Below the pieces are notes generated by a model, which was not told where the DNA came from, did not search any database, and saw only the letters and a list, made by a program, of their open reading frames with translations. Shown piece after piece: positions 9,860-20,099 of a stretch of DNA of 64,000 nt. Numbering within the stretch: the stretch's first letter is position 1; the number at the start of each line of letters is the position of its first letter. The translations under genes were made by a program, and so were the position numbers. The DNA comes from Clostridia bacterium (lineage in GTDB: Bacteria; Bacillota; Clostridia; Christensenellales; CAG-138), in contig JAFWMS010000021.1 in assembly GCA_017545535.1 (NCBI GenBank), positions 129,399-193,398 of the forward strand. Reading direction: 5' to 3'.

Positions 9860-11251
9860 ATGAGCGAATTGACGATGGATAAACTGGTCGCCCTATGCAA
9901 AGGCAGGGGATTCATCTTCGCGGGCAGCGAGATCTACGGCGGCCTTGCCAACACCTGGGACTACGGTCCTTTGGGCGTAGAGCTAAAGAACAACATCAAG
10001 AAGGCCTGGTGGAAGAAGTTCGTCCAGGAGAGCCCTTACAACGTGGGATTGGACGCGGCCATTTTGATGAACCCTCAGACCTGGCAGGCCTCCGGGCATC
10101 TGGGCGGCTTTGCCGATCCCCTCATGGACTGCCGGGAGTGCAAGGAGCGGTTCCGCGCCGACAAGCTCATCGAGGACTGGGCCGGTGAGCACGGCGTGAC
10201 ATTGGAGAAGCCTCTCGACGCCTTCACCCAGGCGGAGATGAAGGACTTCATCGAAACCAACGCCATCCCCTGCCCCTCCTGCGGCAAGCACAACTTCACG
10301 GACATCCGTCAGTTCAACCTGATGTTCAAAACCTTCCAGGGCGTTACCGAGGACGCCAAGAACACCGTGTACCTCAGGCCTGAGACGGCTCAGGGCATCT
10401 TCGTGAACTTTGCCAACGTCCAGCGGACCACCCGCAAAAAGCTTCCCTTCGGCATCGGCCAGATCGGCAAGTCCTTCCGCAACGAGATCACCCCTGGGAA
10501 CTTCATCTTCCGGGTCCGGGAATTCGAGCAGATGGAGCTGGAGTTCTTCTGCGAGCCGGGCACCGACCTTAAGTGGTTCGACTACTGGCGGGCCTACTGC
10601 CACAACTTCCTTCTTTCCCTGGGCATCAAGGACGAGAACCTGCGCCTCCGTGACCACGATCCTGAGGAGCTTGTGTTCTACTCCAAGGCCACCACGGACT
10701 TCGAGTTCCTCTTCCCCTTCGGCTGGGGCGAGCTGTGGGGCGTGGCCGACCGGACGGATTACGATCTGACCCAGCATCAGAACGCCTCCGGCAAGGATCT
10801 GAGCTACTTCGATACCGAGAAGAACGCCCGCTACATCCCCTACGTCATTGAGCCCTCTTTGGGCGTGGAGCGCACCTTCCTGGCGGTGCTGTGCAACGCC
10901 TACGAGGAGCAGGAGCTGGACAAGGGCGACACCCGCGTGGTGCTCCACCTCCATCCCGCACTGGCCCCCTTCAAGGCGGCGGTGCTGCCGCTGAGCAAGA
11001 AGCTGAGCGAGCAGGCCATGGCCATCCATGCCGAGCTTGCCAAGTTCTTCCCCGTGGACTACGACGAGACCGGTTCCATCGGCAAGCGCTATCGCCGGGA
11101 GGATGAGATCGGCACGCCCATGTGCATCACCTACGATTTCGATTCCGAGAACGATCAGGCGGTCACCGTTCGGGATCGGGACACCATGGAGCAGGTCCGT
11201 ATCCCCATCTCTGAGCTAAAGGCCTATATCGAAAGCAAGCTGGTCTTCTAA
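9860..11251 (+). CDS. glyQS: glycine--tRNA ligase (alpha2 homodimeric type)
   Basis: ORF 9473..11251, trimmed to the ATG at 9860 ([45 protein letters not shown]...). GAAGGAGGG RBS. Confidence 0.92.
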   Translation: MSELTMDKLVALCKGRGFIFAGSEIYGGLANTWDYGPLGVELKNNIKKAWWKKFVQESPYNVGLDAAILMNPQTWQASGHLGGFADPLMDCRECKERFRADKLIEDWAGEHGVTLEKPLDAFTQAEMKDFIETNAIPCPSCGKHNFTDIRQFNLMFKTFQGVTEDAKNTVYLRPETAQGIFVNFANVQRTTRKKLPFGIGQIGKSFRNEITPGNFIFRVREFEQMELEFFCEPGTDLKWFDYWRAYCHNFLLSLGIKDENLRLRDHDPEELVFYSKATTDFEFLFPFGWGELWGVADRTDYDLTQHQNASGKDLSYFDTEKNARYIPYVIEPSLGVERTFLAVLCNAYEEQELDKGDTRVVLHLHPALAPFKAAVLPLSKKLSEQAMAIHAELAKFFPVDYDETGSIGKRYRREDEIGTPMCITYDFDSENDQAVTVRDRDTMEQVRIPISELKAYIESKLVF

Positions 11252-11267
11252 GTCTTTACACACATCC

Positions 11268-11300
11268 GTGCCCGCCCTTTCCCCAGGCGGGCACATTTTG
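11268..11300 (+). terminator. weak rho-independent terminator after glyQS
   Basis: GTGCCCGCC (11268-11276) / GGCGGGCAC (11287-11295), then ATTTTG. The next gene starts 13 nt later, so read-through is probably required. Confidence 0.55.
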
Positions 11301-11312
11301 AAAGGAAAGCCT

Positions 11313-12164
11313 ATGGCGTTTTTAGAACTGGTATGGGACGTGTTCTATGAGGACTGTCTGATCCTGTTTCCCATCCTGTTTTTAACATTTTTCTTCATAG
11401 AGTACCTGGAACACCGGGCCGGGAAGCGGTTCCTTGCCCGAGTGGAGCGGGCCGAGGCTACGGGTCCCCTGTGGGGCGCCCTCATCGGCTGCGTGCCCCA
11501 GTGCGGCTTCAGCGTGTCCTGTGCCCATCTCTATAATGGGGGCATCGTCACCGCGGGGACACTGGTGGCGGTGTTCTTGTCCACCTCGGATGAAGCGCTG
11601 CCCGTGCTCCTGTCCCATCGAAACGCCCTGCCCATCATCTGGAAGCTGCTCCTTTTCAAGGTGCTCCTGGCCATCGTCGTCGGGTACGCCGTGGACCTGC
11701 TCTGGAAGCGGGAAAAGCAACACCAAAGCTTTGCCAAAAAGAACATCGAGCACGAATGTCACATTCAGGAAAGCTCCATGGGCGAGCTTGTCCGGGAATC
11801 TCTCAAACGGACGGTGGAGGTATGGCTGGCTCTGTTCGTGATCTCCCTTGTCCTCACCTTTTTGATGGATAAACTGCCCAAGGAAAGCATCCAAAAGTTC
11901 CTGCTGAACGGTTTCTTCCAGCCCTTTTTGGCGGCTCTGTTCGGTTTCATCCCCAACTGCGCCGTGTCCGTGGTGCTGGTGGAGCTGTACCTCTCCGATC
12001 TCATCAGCTTCGGTTCCGTGGTGGCGGGCCTCTCCTCCGCGGCCGGCCTGGGCATCCTGGCCCTGTTGCGGGGCAAGCGGGGCATAAAGACCTACGCCGC
12101 CATCCTCTTGGTCTGCTATGGGGCAGCCGCCCTCATCGGGACCTTGATCCAGCTCTTTGAATGA
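11313..12164 (+). CDS. putative 10-TM metal (manganese/heavy-metal) transporter, ArsP_2-like
   Basis: ORF 11268..12164, trimmed to the ATG at 11313 (MAFLELVWDVF...). Paired motifs GCVPQCGFS and FIPNCAVS in a polytopic membrane protein. Confidence 0.6.
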   Translation: MAFLELVWDVFYEDCLILFPILFLTFFFIEYLEHRAGKRFLARVERAEATGPLWGALIGCVPQCGFSVSCAHLYNGGIVTAGTLVAVFLSTSDEALPVLLSHRNALPIIWKLLLFKVLLAIVVGYAVDLLWKREKQHQSFAKKNIEHECHIQESSMGELVRESLKRTVEVWLALFVISLVLTFLMDKLPKESIQKFLLNGFFQPFLAALFGFIPNCAVSVVLVELYLSDLISFGSVVAGLSSAAGLGILALLRGKRGIKTYAAILLVCYGAAALIGTLIQLFE

Positions 12165-12165
12165 T

Positions 12166-14355
12166 ATGGAAATAACGGGCATCGTCGACAGGATCATTTA
12201 CCGGAACACGGAGAACGGGTACACCGTCCTCTCCCTGCGCACCGAAAACGGGGACGGTCCCGTTACGGTCTGCGGCACGGTGCCCCTTGCCTCCCCCGGA
12301 GAACAGCTCCAGGTGGAGGGGACCATCAAATATCACCCCAAATACGGACAGCAGTTCATAGCCTCCCGCGTGGAGACCCTGGCGCCCTCCACCCTGGCCG
12401 CCATCGAAAGCTATCTCTCCGGCGGCACCATCCGGGGCATCGGTCCCGCCATGGCCAGGCTCATCGTGGACAAGTTCGGCATGGACACCCTGTCCGTCAT
12501 GGAAAAGCAGCCGGAGCGGCTTTTGGAGGTTTCCGGCATCGGGCGCAAGAAGCTGGCCATGATCTCCAACTCCTTCAATGAAAACAAATCCATGCGGGAG
12601 ATCCTGCTGGCCCTGGCCCCTTACGGCGTCACGGTGAACCAGGCCTACCGCATCTTCAAGGTCTACGGGGATTTGGCCCTGGGCAAAGTCCAAGAGAACC
12701 CCTACCAGCTCATCGACGACATCGACGGCATCGGTTTTTTGACCGCCGACGCCATCGCCCAGCGGGTGGCGGGCTTTGAGACCAACTCCGTGGCAAGGCT
12801 CTTTGCCGGCATCAAATACGCCCTTCAGGACGCCAGGACCGAATACGGCCACACCTATCTTCCTCACGATAAACTGATCATCAAAAGCTGCGGCCTGCTT
12901 GGGGTGGATGCGGAGCTGTTGACCGACGCCGTGGACGCCATGCTGGCGGAAGGCTCCCTGGTGGAGCAGTATGTGGGCGAGCAGCAAGGCATCTTCCTGC
13001 CCTATATCGCCCGTCTCGAAGGGGCCATCGCCCAAAAGCTGATACAGCTTTCCGAACCGCCCGTGGCCAATCCCTTCTGGGACGTTGCCCAATATGAACG
13101 GGATCTGCATCTCACCCTGTCCGAAAGCCAGCGCATCGCCGTGACGAGGGCCCTGGATGCCGGCGTGATGATCATCACCGGCGGTCCCGGCACGGGCAAG
13201 ACCACCATCATCCGCTGCATCACCCATGCCTTCGAGCTCATGGGCATGACCTACGCCCTGGCCGCGCCTACGGGCCGAGCCGCCAAGCGCATGACGGAGG
13301 CCACCGGCGCCGACGCCAGCACCATCCACCGGCTCCTCGAATACAACCCTCAGGAGGGATTCGTCCGCAACAAGGACAATCCCCTGGTCTATGACCTGGT
13401 CATCGTGGACGAGATGAGTATGGTGGACGTGCCGTTGATGAACGCCCTGTTGAGCGCCCTGCCCCGGGGGACCCGGCTGCTGCTGGTGGGCGACGCCGAT
13501 CAGCTGCCGCCCGTGGGCTGCGGGGACGTGCTGCGGGACTGCCTGGAAAGCGGCCGCCTTCCGGTGATCCGCCTGACGGAGATCTTTCGCCAGGCCACCC
13601 AAAGCCGCATCATCACCAATGCCCACCGGATCGACCAGGGACAGATGCCGATCCTGAGCGACGACGAATCCGATTTCATCTTCGAAGAGATATTGCCCCC
13701 CGAGCGGATATTGGAGCGGGTCACCGCCCTGTGTCAAAAGGAGTGCAGCCGCCTGGGGACCTCCGAGCCCTTGATGGACGTGCAGGTCCTCGCTCCCATG
13801 AAAAAGGGCATCTTGGGGGTGGAACACTTGAACCAGGTCCTCCAGCAGGCTCTGAATCCCGCCGCCCTCAACAAGCCGGAGCACGTCTTTGGGGAAACCC
13901 TCTTCCGGGAGGGCGACAAGATCATGCAGATCAAGAACGACTACAAGATCTCCTGGCAGCGGATGGATCAAAATGGCGTCCTGCAGGAGGGCACGGGCGT
14001 GTTCAACGGCGATTTAGGCACCCTGTACCGGCTGGACAACCTCAACAGGACCATGTCCATCCTTTTCGACGACGGGCGGCTGGCGGAGTATGACTTCACC
14101 CAGTCGGACGAGCTGGACCTGGCCTACTGCATCAGTATCCACAAGAGCCAGGGAAGCGAATTTCCCACGGTACTACTGCCTTTGGCGGGCGGCCCGGCCA
14201 TGCTGCTGAACCGGAATTTGCTGTACACCGCCGTCACCCGGGCCAAGGAGCTGGTCTACTGTTTGGGGCACCGGGACACCGTGGCCCGCATGGTGCGGAC
14301 GGTCATGTCCCGCCGCCGATACACCTCCCTGGCCGTTCGGCTCCAGGAGCTGTAA
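12166..14355 (+). CDS. recD2: ATP-dependent RecD2-like SF1 DNA helicase
   Basis: ORF 12157..14355 (TTG at 12157, first ATG at 12166). N-terminal ITGIVDRIIYRNTENGYTVLSL, Walker A GGPGTGKTT, VIVDEMSMVD. Confidence 0.9.
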   Translation: MEITGIVDRIIYRNTENGYTVLSLRTENGDGPVTVCGTVPLASPGEQLQVEGTIKYHPKYGQQFIASRVETLAPSTLAAIESYLSGGTIRGIGPAMARLIVDKFGMDTLSVMEKQPERLLEVSGIGRKKLAMISNSFNENKSMREILLALAPYGVTVNQAYRIFKVYGDLALGKVQENPYQLIDDIDGIGFLTADAIAQRVAGFETNSVARLFAGIKYALQDARTEYGHTYLPHDKLIIKSCGLLGVDAELLTDAVDAMLAEGSLVEQYVGEQQGIFLPYIARLEGAIAQKLIQLSEPPVANPFWDVAQYERDLHLTLSESQRIAVTRALDAGVMIITGGPGTGKTTIIRCITHAFELMGMTYALAAPTGRAAKRMTEATGADASTIHRLLEYNPQEGFVRNKDNPLVYDLVIVDEMSMVDVPLMNALLSALPRGTRLLLVGDADQLPPVGCGDVLRDCLESGRLPVIRLTEIFRQATQSRIITNAHRIDQGQMPILSDDESDFIFEEILPPERILERVTALCQKECSRLGTSEPLMDVQVLAPMKKGILGVEHLNQVLQQALNPAALNKPEHVFGETLFREGDKIMQIKNDYKISWQRMDQNGVLQEGTGVFNGDLGTLYRLDNLNRTMSILFDDGRLAEYDFTQSDELDLAYCISIHKSQGSEFPTVLLPLAGGPAMLLNRNLLYTAVTRAKELVYCLGHRDTVARMVRTVMSRRRYTSLAVRLQEL

Positions 14356-14359
14356 GCCT

Positions 14360-14998
14360 ATGGACCGGACCCGTGCACTGCTTATCTCCCTGGCGGCCCC
14401 CGAGCCCCATCGGTGCTACCTGTGCGAACGGGAAAGCATCCTGGGTGAGGACGGCCTCTGCGACGGTTGTCGCAACGAGCTGAAGCTGGCCATCTCCCCC
14501 GCTCCTCCGGTTGGCCTGGACGGGCTGACGGCGGGGCTCCAGTATTCCGAAGAGCTGGCCACCGTTTTCTATCGGTTCAAATCCAAGGAGCGCAGCGATT
14601 ACACGCCCTTCTTAGCCCAGTTCATCTCCATCCCGGAGGAATGGCACGCCGAGATGCTGCTCCCCGTCCCCCTTCACTGGTGGCGGCAATACCAGCGCAC
14701 CTATAACCAAAGCTATCTCTTGGCGGAGTACGTCTCCTCCCGATACGGTATTCCCATCTGCAGCGAGCTCTTGACCCGCGTCCGCCCCACGCCCCAGCAA
14801 AAGCTGCTGAAGGAGAAGGATCGGCGGCGGAATTTGAAGGGCGCCTTTCGGGCCGCCCCCGAATGCAAGGGACGCTCCATCGTGCTCATCGACGACGTGG
14901 TGACCACCGGGAGCACCCTCAGCGAATGCGCCCGCACATTAAAAAAAGCCGGCGCATACCGTGTATACGCCGCCTGTGTCGCCTGTACCAACCGATAA
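14360..14998 (+). CDS. comFC: ComF family protein (phosphoribosyltransferase domain)
   Basis: 212 aa. N-terminal Cys pairs (CYLC...CDGC) and the PRTase motif VLIDDVVTTGSTL. Follows recD2. Confidence 0.85.
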   Translation: MDRTRALLISLAAPEPHRCYLCERESILGEDGLCDGCRNELKLAISPAPPVGLDGLTAGLQYSEELATVFYRFKSKERSDYTPFLAQFISIPEEWHAEMLLPVPLHWWRQYQRTYNQSYLLAEYVSSRYGIPICSELLTRVRPTPQQKLLKEKDRRRNLKGAFRAAPECKGRSIVLIDDVVTTGSTLSECARTLKKAGAYRVYAACVACTNR

Positions 14999-15001
14999 AG
15001 C

Positions 15002-15262
15002 TTATCCTTCCCTCCGTTCGTGGAGATACTTCTCCCGGGTCGCCTGACCGCCGCGAATATGCCGCTCCGCCTTGTTCGTGTCCAGCACCGCCCTGACCTG
15101 CGCATACAGCGTCGGATCGATCTGTTTCAATCGGCCGGTGACCAGCTTATGGACCGTGGACTTGGACGTTCCAAAGAAATGGGCGGCCTCTCGGACCGTG
15201 GCCCCGTTCTGGACCATATACCGCCCGTACAGGCAGGACCTTTCCCTTCGATCTCTCTTCAT
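15002..15262 (-). CDS. spoIIID: sporulation transcriptional regulator SpoIIID
   Basis: ORF 15002..15292, trimmed to the ATG at 15262. GTSKSTVHKLVTGRL...RHIRGGQATREKY matches the SpoIIID HTH and basic region. Confidence 0.85.
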   Translation of the reverse strand: MKRDRRERSCLYGRYMVQNGATVREAAHFFGTSKSTVHKLVTGRLKQIDPTLYAQVRAVLDTNKAERHIRGGQATREKYLHERREG

Positions 15263-15333
15263 GGCATCCCCCCAACCGTACCGTTTGCTCATGTATATGC
15301 AAACAGGTTTGGGGGTATACGCGCAAGATCAGA

Positions 15334-16134
15334 TCAAAACTTATCTATATTAACCTTCTGCACTTCGTCTGCGGACACCGCGTCGAGATATGTCCGGGCG
15401 ATTTGCAAAAACCCTGTGTCCTCATCGCTGACGAAATAGGAAACCCGGCTGGGCTCGCTGGATACCGGCAGCTCGAAATCCTCCCTGAGCCGATGGGACA
15501 GGGCCTTGCCCACGTTGATGAAGGTCACGTCCGGCAGAATCTTTTGCAGGGTGCTGGCCAAAAAAGGATAGTGGGTGCAGCCCATGATGATGGTATCCAC
15601 CCCCGTGCCCTTGAACTGGGAAAGATACCGCTCCACCGTCATCACGGTGATGGGATCGTCCGGTGAAAAACCGTTTTCGATCAACGGCACGAACAAGGGA
15701 CATTCCACCCCCCACGTCTGTGCCTCGGGGCATAGCTCCCGGATCCGCAGCTCATATGCCCTGGAATTGACGGTGGCCCGGGTGCCGATGACGCCGATGC
15801 GCTTGGCCTTGGAAGCGCGCAAGGCGGCCTGGCAGCCCGCGTCGATCACCCCCACGATGGGCAGGGAGAAGATGCTTTGAAGGCTTGGCAGACAGTTGGT
15901 GCTCACCGTACCGCAGGCGATGAGGATCGCCTCCACGCCCTGGGAGAGCAGGAAACGAACGTCCTGTTCAGCGTAGCGGTTGATGGTCTCCACCGTACGG
16001 GAGCCATAGGGGACCCGGGCGGTGTCTCCAAAATAGACCACGTCCAGCCCGGGATTATACTTGCAGACCTCGTTCAAGACAGTCAACCCGCCGAGGCCGC
16101 TGTCAAATACGCCCAACCGTTTCAGGGTGCTCAT
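15334..16134 (-). CDS. murI: glutamate racemase
   Basis: ORF 15334..16164, trimmed to the ATG at 16134 (MSTLKRLGVFDSGLGGLTVL). Also IACGT and GCTHYP motifs. Confidence 0.9.
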   Translation of the reverse strand: MSTLKRLGVFDSGLGGLTVLNEVCKYNPGLDVVYFGDTARVPYGSRTVETINRYAEQDVRFLLSQGVEAILIACGTVSTNCLPSLQSIFSLPIVGVIDAGCQAALRASKAKRIGVIGTRATVNSRAYELRIRELCPEAQTWGVECPLFVPLIENGFSPDDPITVMTVERYLSQFKGTGVDTIIMGCTHYPFLASTLQKILPDVTFINVGKALSHRLREDFELPVSSEPSRVSYFVSDEDTGFLQIARTYLDAVSADEVQKVNIDKF

Positions 16135-16154
16135 GGAAAACTTTCCTTTTCTGC

Positions 16155-16472
16155 TTATTCCCAATCGATGAGGCCCGCGCTCTCCAAATACGCCTCGTCG
16201 TACTCCATATAGTCCTCCACGAAGCGCATGGCATACATCTTCTGCTCTGGAAAAGCGGTCTGCAATCCCTTCATCATATAGTCGAAAGCCTGATCGTCGT
16301 CATAGACTGCGCCGTCGTTCACGCCCGCTTCATCCATGAACGCTTCGTCCAGCGCCATGACCTTGTCCAGCATCTTTTCGAAAATGTCCTTGGGCAGGAT
16401 GTCAAAATCGCCCTGAGCGGCAAACTTTTCAGCGATGAAGCGCCTTGCTTCGTCCTTGTTGAATTCTTCCAT
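16155..16472 (-). CDS. small acidic hypothetical protein (105 aa)
   Basis: MEEFNKDEARRFIAEKFAAQGDFDILPKD... AGGAGGAAAC RBS. No family recognised. Confidence 0.6.
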   Translation of the reverse strand: MEEFNKDEARRFIAEKFAAQGDFDILPKDIFEKMLDKVMALDEAFMDEAGVNDGAVYDDDQAFDYMMKGLQTAFPEQKMYAMRFVEDYMEYDEAYLESAGLIDWE

Positions 16473-16622
16473 GTTTCCTCCTGCTTTTTCCTTCTTTTTG
16501 CACAGTATATCATCTCATATCGCCCGCGTCCATGAACCGGATATGAATTTTTGTTCCGTTCATAAAAAAATTCACTTCCTTTTCACTTGCCTCTTTTTCT
16601 TCTATCATATACACTACAGGAT

Positions 16623-17435
16623 ATGAAAAGAGTACTCTCCATTTTGATTTGCTTCGCGTCGCTGCTCGGCTGCTCGCCCGCTGCCGATCTTGGCGGCATG
16701 GATATCTATACCTTCTCCATCGGCAAGGCGGACTGTTCCCTCCTTTCCTTCGACGGGAAGAACGTCCTCATCGACGTGGGCGAGAAGGACGACGGCGACG
16801 ATATCGTCCAATCTTTACGTTCCCTCCAGGTGGAGAAGCTGGACCTGGTCATCCTCACCCACTTCGACAAGGACCATATTGGCGGCTTTGCCAAGGTGGC
16901 AGACGCCATCTCCATGGATCGGGTCCTTATGCCCGATTACGTGCGGGACAGCGAACACTATGCCGCCTTGGAAGCGTCCTTGCAGAAACACGCCATCTCC
17001 GCCGATCGCTTGTCTGAGGATACCGCCTTCGAGCTGGGCCGCGCCGCTTTCACCGTCTGGACCTCCACGAAAACATATGATCCCGAAAAAGGGAACGACA
17101 ATCAGCTGTCCCTGGTGGCCGCCATCCGCTTCGATCAGATCCGCCTGCTGTTCATGGGCGACGCGGAGGGCGGCTGGCTGAACGATCTATGCTATAAGGG
17201 GTACGAGCTCGGCTGCGATATACTAAAGTTCCCCTATCACGGCAACTGGCAAAAGCATATCCCCGCCCTGTTGGCGCTGTCCCTTCCCCAATACGCCATC
17301 CTTACCGATTCCGAAAAGAACCCCGCCGACATACGGACGTTGGATGCGCTGAAGACCCTGGACATCACGATTTTGCGCACCATCGATGGGGATGTGCATC
17401 TGTTCACCGATGGAAAAAAGGTGACGGTCCGTTGA
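16623..17435 (+). CDS. MBL-fold metallo-hydrolase lipoprotein (ComEC C-terminal-domain-like)
   Basis: ORF 16587..17435, trimmed to the ATG at 16623. Lipobox LLGC. LVILTHFDKDHIGG metal-binding motif. Confidence 0.75.
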   Translation: MKRVLSILICFASLLGCSPAADLGGMDIYTFSIGKADCSLLSFDGKNVLIDVGEKDDGDDIVQSLRSLQVEKLDLVILTHFDKDHIGGFAKVADAISMDRVLMPDYVRDSEHYAALEASLQKHAISADRLSEDTAFELGRAAFTVWTSTKTYDPEKGNDNQLSLVAAIRFDQIRLLFMGDAEGGWLNDLCYKGYELGCDILKFPYHGNWQKHIPALLALSLPQYAILTDSEKNPADIRTLDALKTLDITILRTIDGDVHLFTDGKKVTVR

Positions 17436-17451
17436 CCGCCACCTTGTTTTT

Positions 17452-18450
17452 TTATTTCTTTTTCGTTCTGCGGACCACCTGGATCGGCGGCTCGTCATCC
17501 TCGTCCTCCCCATCCTCATAGCGGACGGCCTTATCCTTCTTGTGAACGCCGCTCTTCTTCTTTTTCGTGGTATAGGGTTCGTCCTCGTACGGTTCGTCGC
17601 CATAGGCGTCTTCCCCGTACTCGTCCTCTTCATAGGAAATGTCGATATCTTCCTCGTCGTCCCCCAGGAGCGCCTCAGCCCGAGCCTTTCTCCCGCGGCG
17701 AACGATCATCAGCGTGAGCACCACGCAGACCAAAATGGCTACTACGATGAACAGGACGAAAACGATGTAGGCGAGGGCATCGCTGTCCCCGCTGTTCTCC
17801 TCCGGCTCAGGCGACGTCCCGGGCACCGGAGACACCTCCGTCACCGGGAAGCGAGGCTCGGCGGAATCACTGGCAACGGGGGTGGAAGGCTGGGGGCTGT
17901 CGTAGGGCGAATAGGAAGCGGGCACGATGGTAGTGGGTACGCTCTCCCCGGTGATCCGTCCCAGATTCAGCGTACCGCCGGTATATCCCCGCTGGCTGCC
18001 GGAGCCGTTGGTCACGAAGGAATAGGACACCTTCTTTAAGACCAGCATGGTGCTGACGGCGGAGAGGATCCTGAAGCGGACGTGCATGAGCGTCCCGCTG
18101 CCGGAAGCGCCGTTGGTAGCCGCCGCAGAGAAGGCCACCGCACCGGGTTTCGTGGTCACGCTGCAGATGAATTGGGCGCCCAGGATGTTGATCTTATCCC
18201 CGGAGATCTCCTGGATGCCGTCGAACTCCAGCGCCGCGCTGTCATACTCCAGCACGAACTGCAGGGAGTCCATGGTCTGGTTCAGCTTGGGCGGCTCCAC
18301 GACCACGTTGAGGGTCACCGCCACCGTGTCGCCCACCTTGCCCCGCACGTCCTCCGAAGTGATGACCACGGGAGCCGTAGCCGCCGACGCGAAGGTCCAG
18401 GGGATCAGCAGCAGCACCGCCAACAGTATGGAAAAGATCCTTCGTTTCAT
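17452..18450 (-). CDS. cohesin-domain membrane protein with acidic cytoplasmic tail
   Basis: ORF 17452..18558, trimmed to the ATG at 18450 (AAAGGAG RBS). Order is signal peptide, cohesin-like beta domain (VGDTVAVTLNV...LQFVLEYDSAALEF), Pro/Ser linker, one TM segment, then a D/E/Y-rich tail. Confidence 0.65.
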   Translation of the reverse strand: MKRRIFSILLAVLLLIPWTFASAATAPVVITSEDVRGKVGDTVAVTLNVVVEPPKLNQTMDSLQFVLEYDSAALEFDGIQEISGDKINILGAQFICSVTTKPGAVAFSAAATNGASGSGTLMHVRFRILSAVSTMLVLKKVSYSFVTNGSGSQRGYTGGTLNLGRITGESVPTTIVPASYSPYDSPQPSTPVASDSAEPRFPVTEVSPVPGTSPEPEENSGDSDALAYIVFVLFIVVAILVCVVLTLMIVRRGRKARAEALLGDDEEDIDISYEEDEYGEDAYGDEPYEDEPYTTKKKKSGVHKKDKAVRYEDGEDEDDEPPIQVVRRTKKK

Positions 18451-18565
18451 TCGATACTCCTTTATGTCCATGCGCTGCGCCGCACGCGATCGGCGAGCAT
18501 GGCACTGTTTGGCTTTCATATATGTTTGTATTGTACTATCCTTCCTTGCATAAGTCAAATTCGGA

Positions 18566-18594
18566 TTGACAACCTCTGGTAAATTTCATATAAT
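18566..18594 (+). promoter_or_regulatory. consensus sigma-A promoter of cysS
   Basis: TTGACA (18566-18571)-17 nt-TATAAT (18589-18594). Confidence 0.75.
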
Positions 18595-18635
18595 TTTCTC
18601 AATCGCCATAGAATTTTTCCATTGGCTCATACTGA

Positions 18636-18666
18636 AAAGCAAGCTTTTGACAGCTGCTTTCTTTTT
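18636..18666 (+). terminator. terminator-like hairpin inside the cysS leader (possible attenuator)
   Basis: AAAGCA(A)GC (18636-18644) pairs with GCTGCTTT (18653-18660) and is followed by CTTTTTG. It ends about 2 nt before the cysS RBS. Confidence 0.45.
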
Positions 18667-18687
18667 GAAAAGGAGTGGATTAGCCTC

Positions 18688-20079
18688 ATGTACATCTACA
18701 ACACTATGTCCCGCAAGAAGGAGCTGTTCGTGCCGCTCAAGGAAGGCAAGGTCTCCATGTACGCCTGCGGACCCACGGTCTACAACTTTTTCCATATCGG
18801 CAACGCACGTCCCTTCATCGTGTTCGATACCCTGCGCCGGTATCTTGAATACCGGGGGTATCAGGTGACCTTCGTCCAGAACTTCACGGATATCGACGAT
18901 AAGATGATCCGCCGCGCCAGCGAGGAGGGCATCACCGTCAAGGAGCTGGGCGACCGGTTCATCAAAGAATACTACACCGACGCGGACGCCCTGGGCGTGA
19001 AGCGGGCCACGGTCAACCCTCGCGCCACCGAGCATATCCAAGACATCATCGACCTGGTCCAGACCCTCATCGACAAGGGCCACGCCTACCCCGCCTCCAA
19101 TGGGGACGTGTACTTCTCCGTACGCAGCTGGCCCGGTTACGGCAAGCTGTCCGGTCAGAACATCGACGATCTGGAAAACGGGGCCCGGGTGGATCCCACC
19201 GAAGAGAAGCGTGACCCCCTGGATTTTGCCCTCTGGAAGGGACAGAAGCCCGGCGAACCCGCCTGGCCCTCCCCCTGGGGCATGGGCCGTCCCGGCTGGC
19301 ACATCGAGTGCTCCGCCATGAGCATGGCCATCCTGGGCCAGAGCTTCGACATCCACGGCGGCGGGCAGGATTTGATCTTCCCCCATCACGAGAACGAGAT
19401 CGCCCAGTCCGAAGCGGCCACTGGAAAGCCCTTTGCCCACTACTGGATGCACAACGGCTTCATCAACGTGGACAACCAGAAGATGAGCAAGTCCCTGGGC
19501 AACTTCTTCACCGTCCGAGACATCGCCAAGGAATACGATCTGGACGTGGTGCGGCTCTTCATGCTCAGTGTCCAGTATAGGAACCCCATCAACTTCTCCC
19601 GGGATCTGATCCAGCAGGCGGCCACCGCCCTGCAACGGCTCCGCACCGCCCTTGATCGGCTGAAGGAAGCCCCTGTGGCCGAAGCTGCCACCGAGGACGA
19701 GCAGCCCTTCCTGGACTCTCTGGAGGGTTACCGGGCTCGGTTCAACGAGGCCATGGACGACGATCTCAACACGGCGGACGCTCTGGGCGTGCTGTTCGAT
19801 CTTGCCCGTGCCGCCAACACCTTCGTCAGCGTGCCCCGCACCAAAGCCGCCATCGAATCGGTCACCAAGACCTATACCGAGCTCATGGACGTGCTGGGCC
19901 TCATGCCCCGGGAAAAGGCCGAGGAGTTCCCGGCAGAGGTCCTCGCCCTGCTGGAGGAGCGGCAGGCTGCCCGGAAAAATAAGGATTACGCCCGCGCCGA
20001 CCAGCTTCGTGAGCAGCTCAAGGAACTGGGCTACGCCATCGAGGACTCCCGTCAGGGCGCCAAGCTGAAGAAACTGTGA
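18688..20079 (+). CDS. cysS: cysteine--tRNA ligase
   Basis: ORF 18622..20079, trimmed to the ATG at 18688 ([14 protein letters not shown]...). HIGNARP (HIGH) and KMSKSLGN motifs. Confidence 0.92.
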   Translation: MYIYNTMSRKKELFVPLKEGKVSMYACGPTVYNFFHIGNARPFIVFDTLRRYLEYRGYQVTFVQNFTDIDDKMIRRASEEGITVKELGDRFIKEYYTDADALGVKRATVNPRATEHIQDIIDLVQTLIDKGHAYPASNGDVYFSVRSWPGYGKLSGQNIDDLENGARVDPTEEKRDPLDFALWKGQKPGEPAWPSPWGMGRPGWHIECSAMSMAILGQSFDIHGGGQDLIFPHHENEIAQSEAATGKPFAHYWMHNGFINVDNQKMSKSLGNFFTVRDIAKEYDLDVVRLFMLSVQYRNPINFSRDLIQQAATALQRLRTALDRLKEAPVAEAATEDEQPFLDSLEGYRARFNEAMDDDLNTADALGVLFDLARAANTFVSVPRTKAAIESVTKTYTELMDVLGLMPREKAEEFPAEVLALLEERQAARKNKDYARADQLREQLKELGYAIEDSRQGAKLKKL

Positions 20080-20099
20080 TCTAAAGGAGGATTGAACCT

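Noticed and set aside
12133-13971. 612-aa minus-strand ORF
   Set aside because: It is antisense to recD2 (Walker A and helicase motifs on the + strand), and the product is a Gly/Asp/His/Val-rich artefact.
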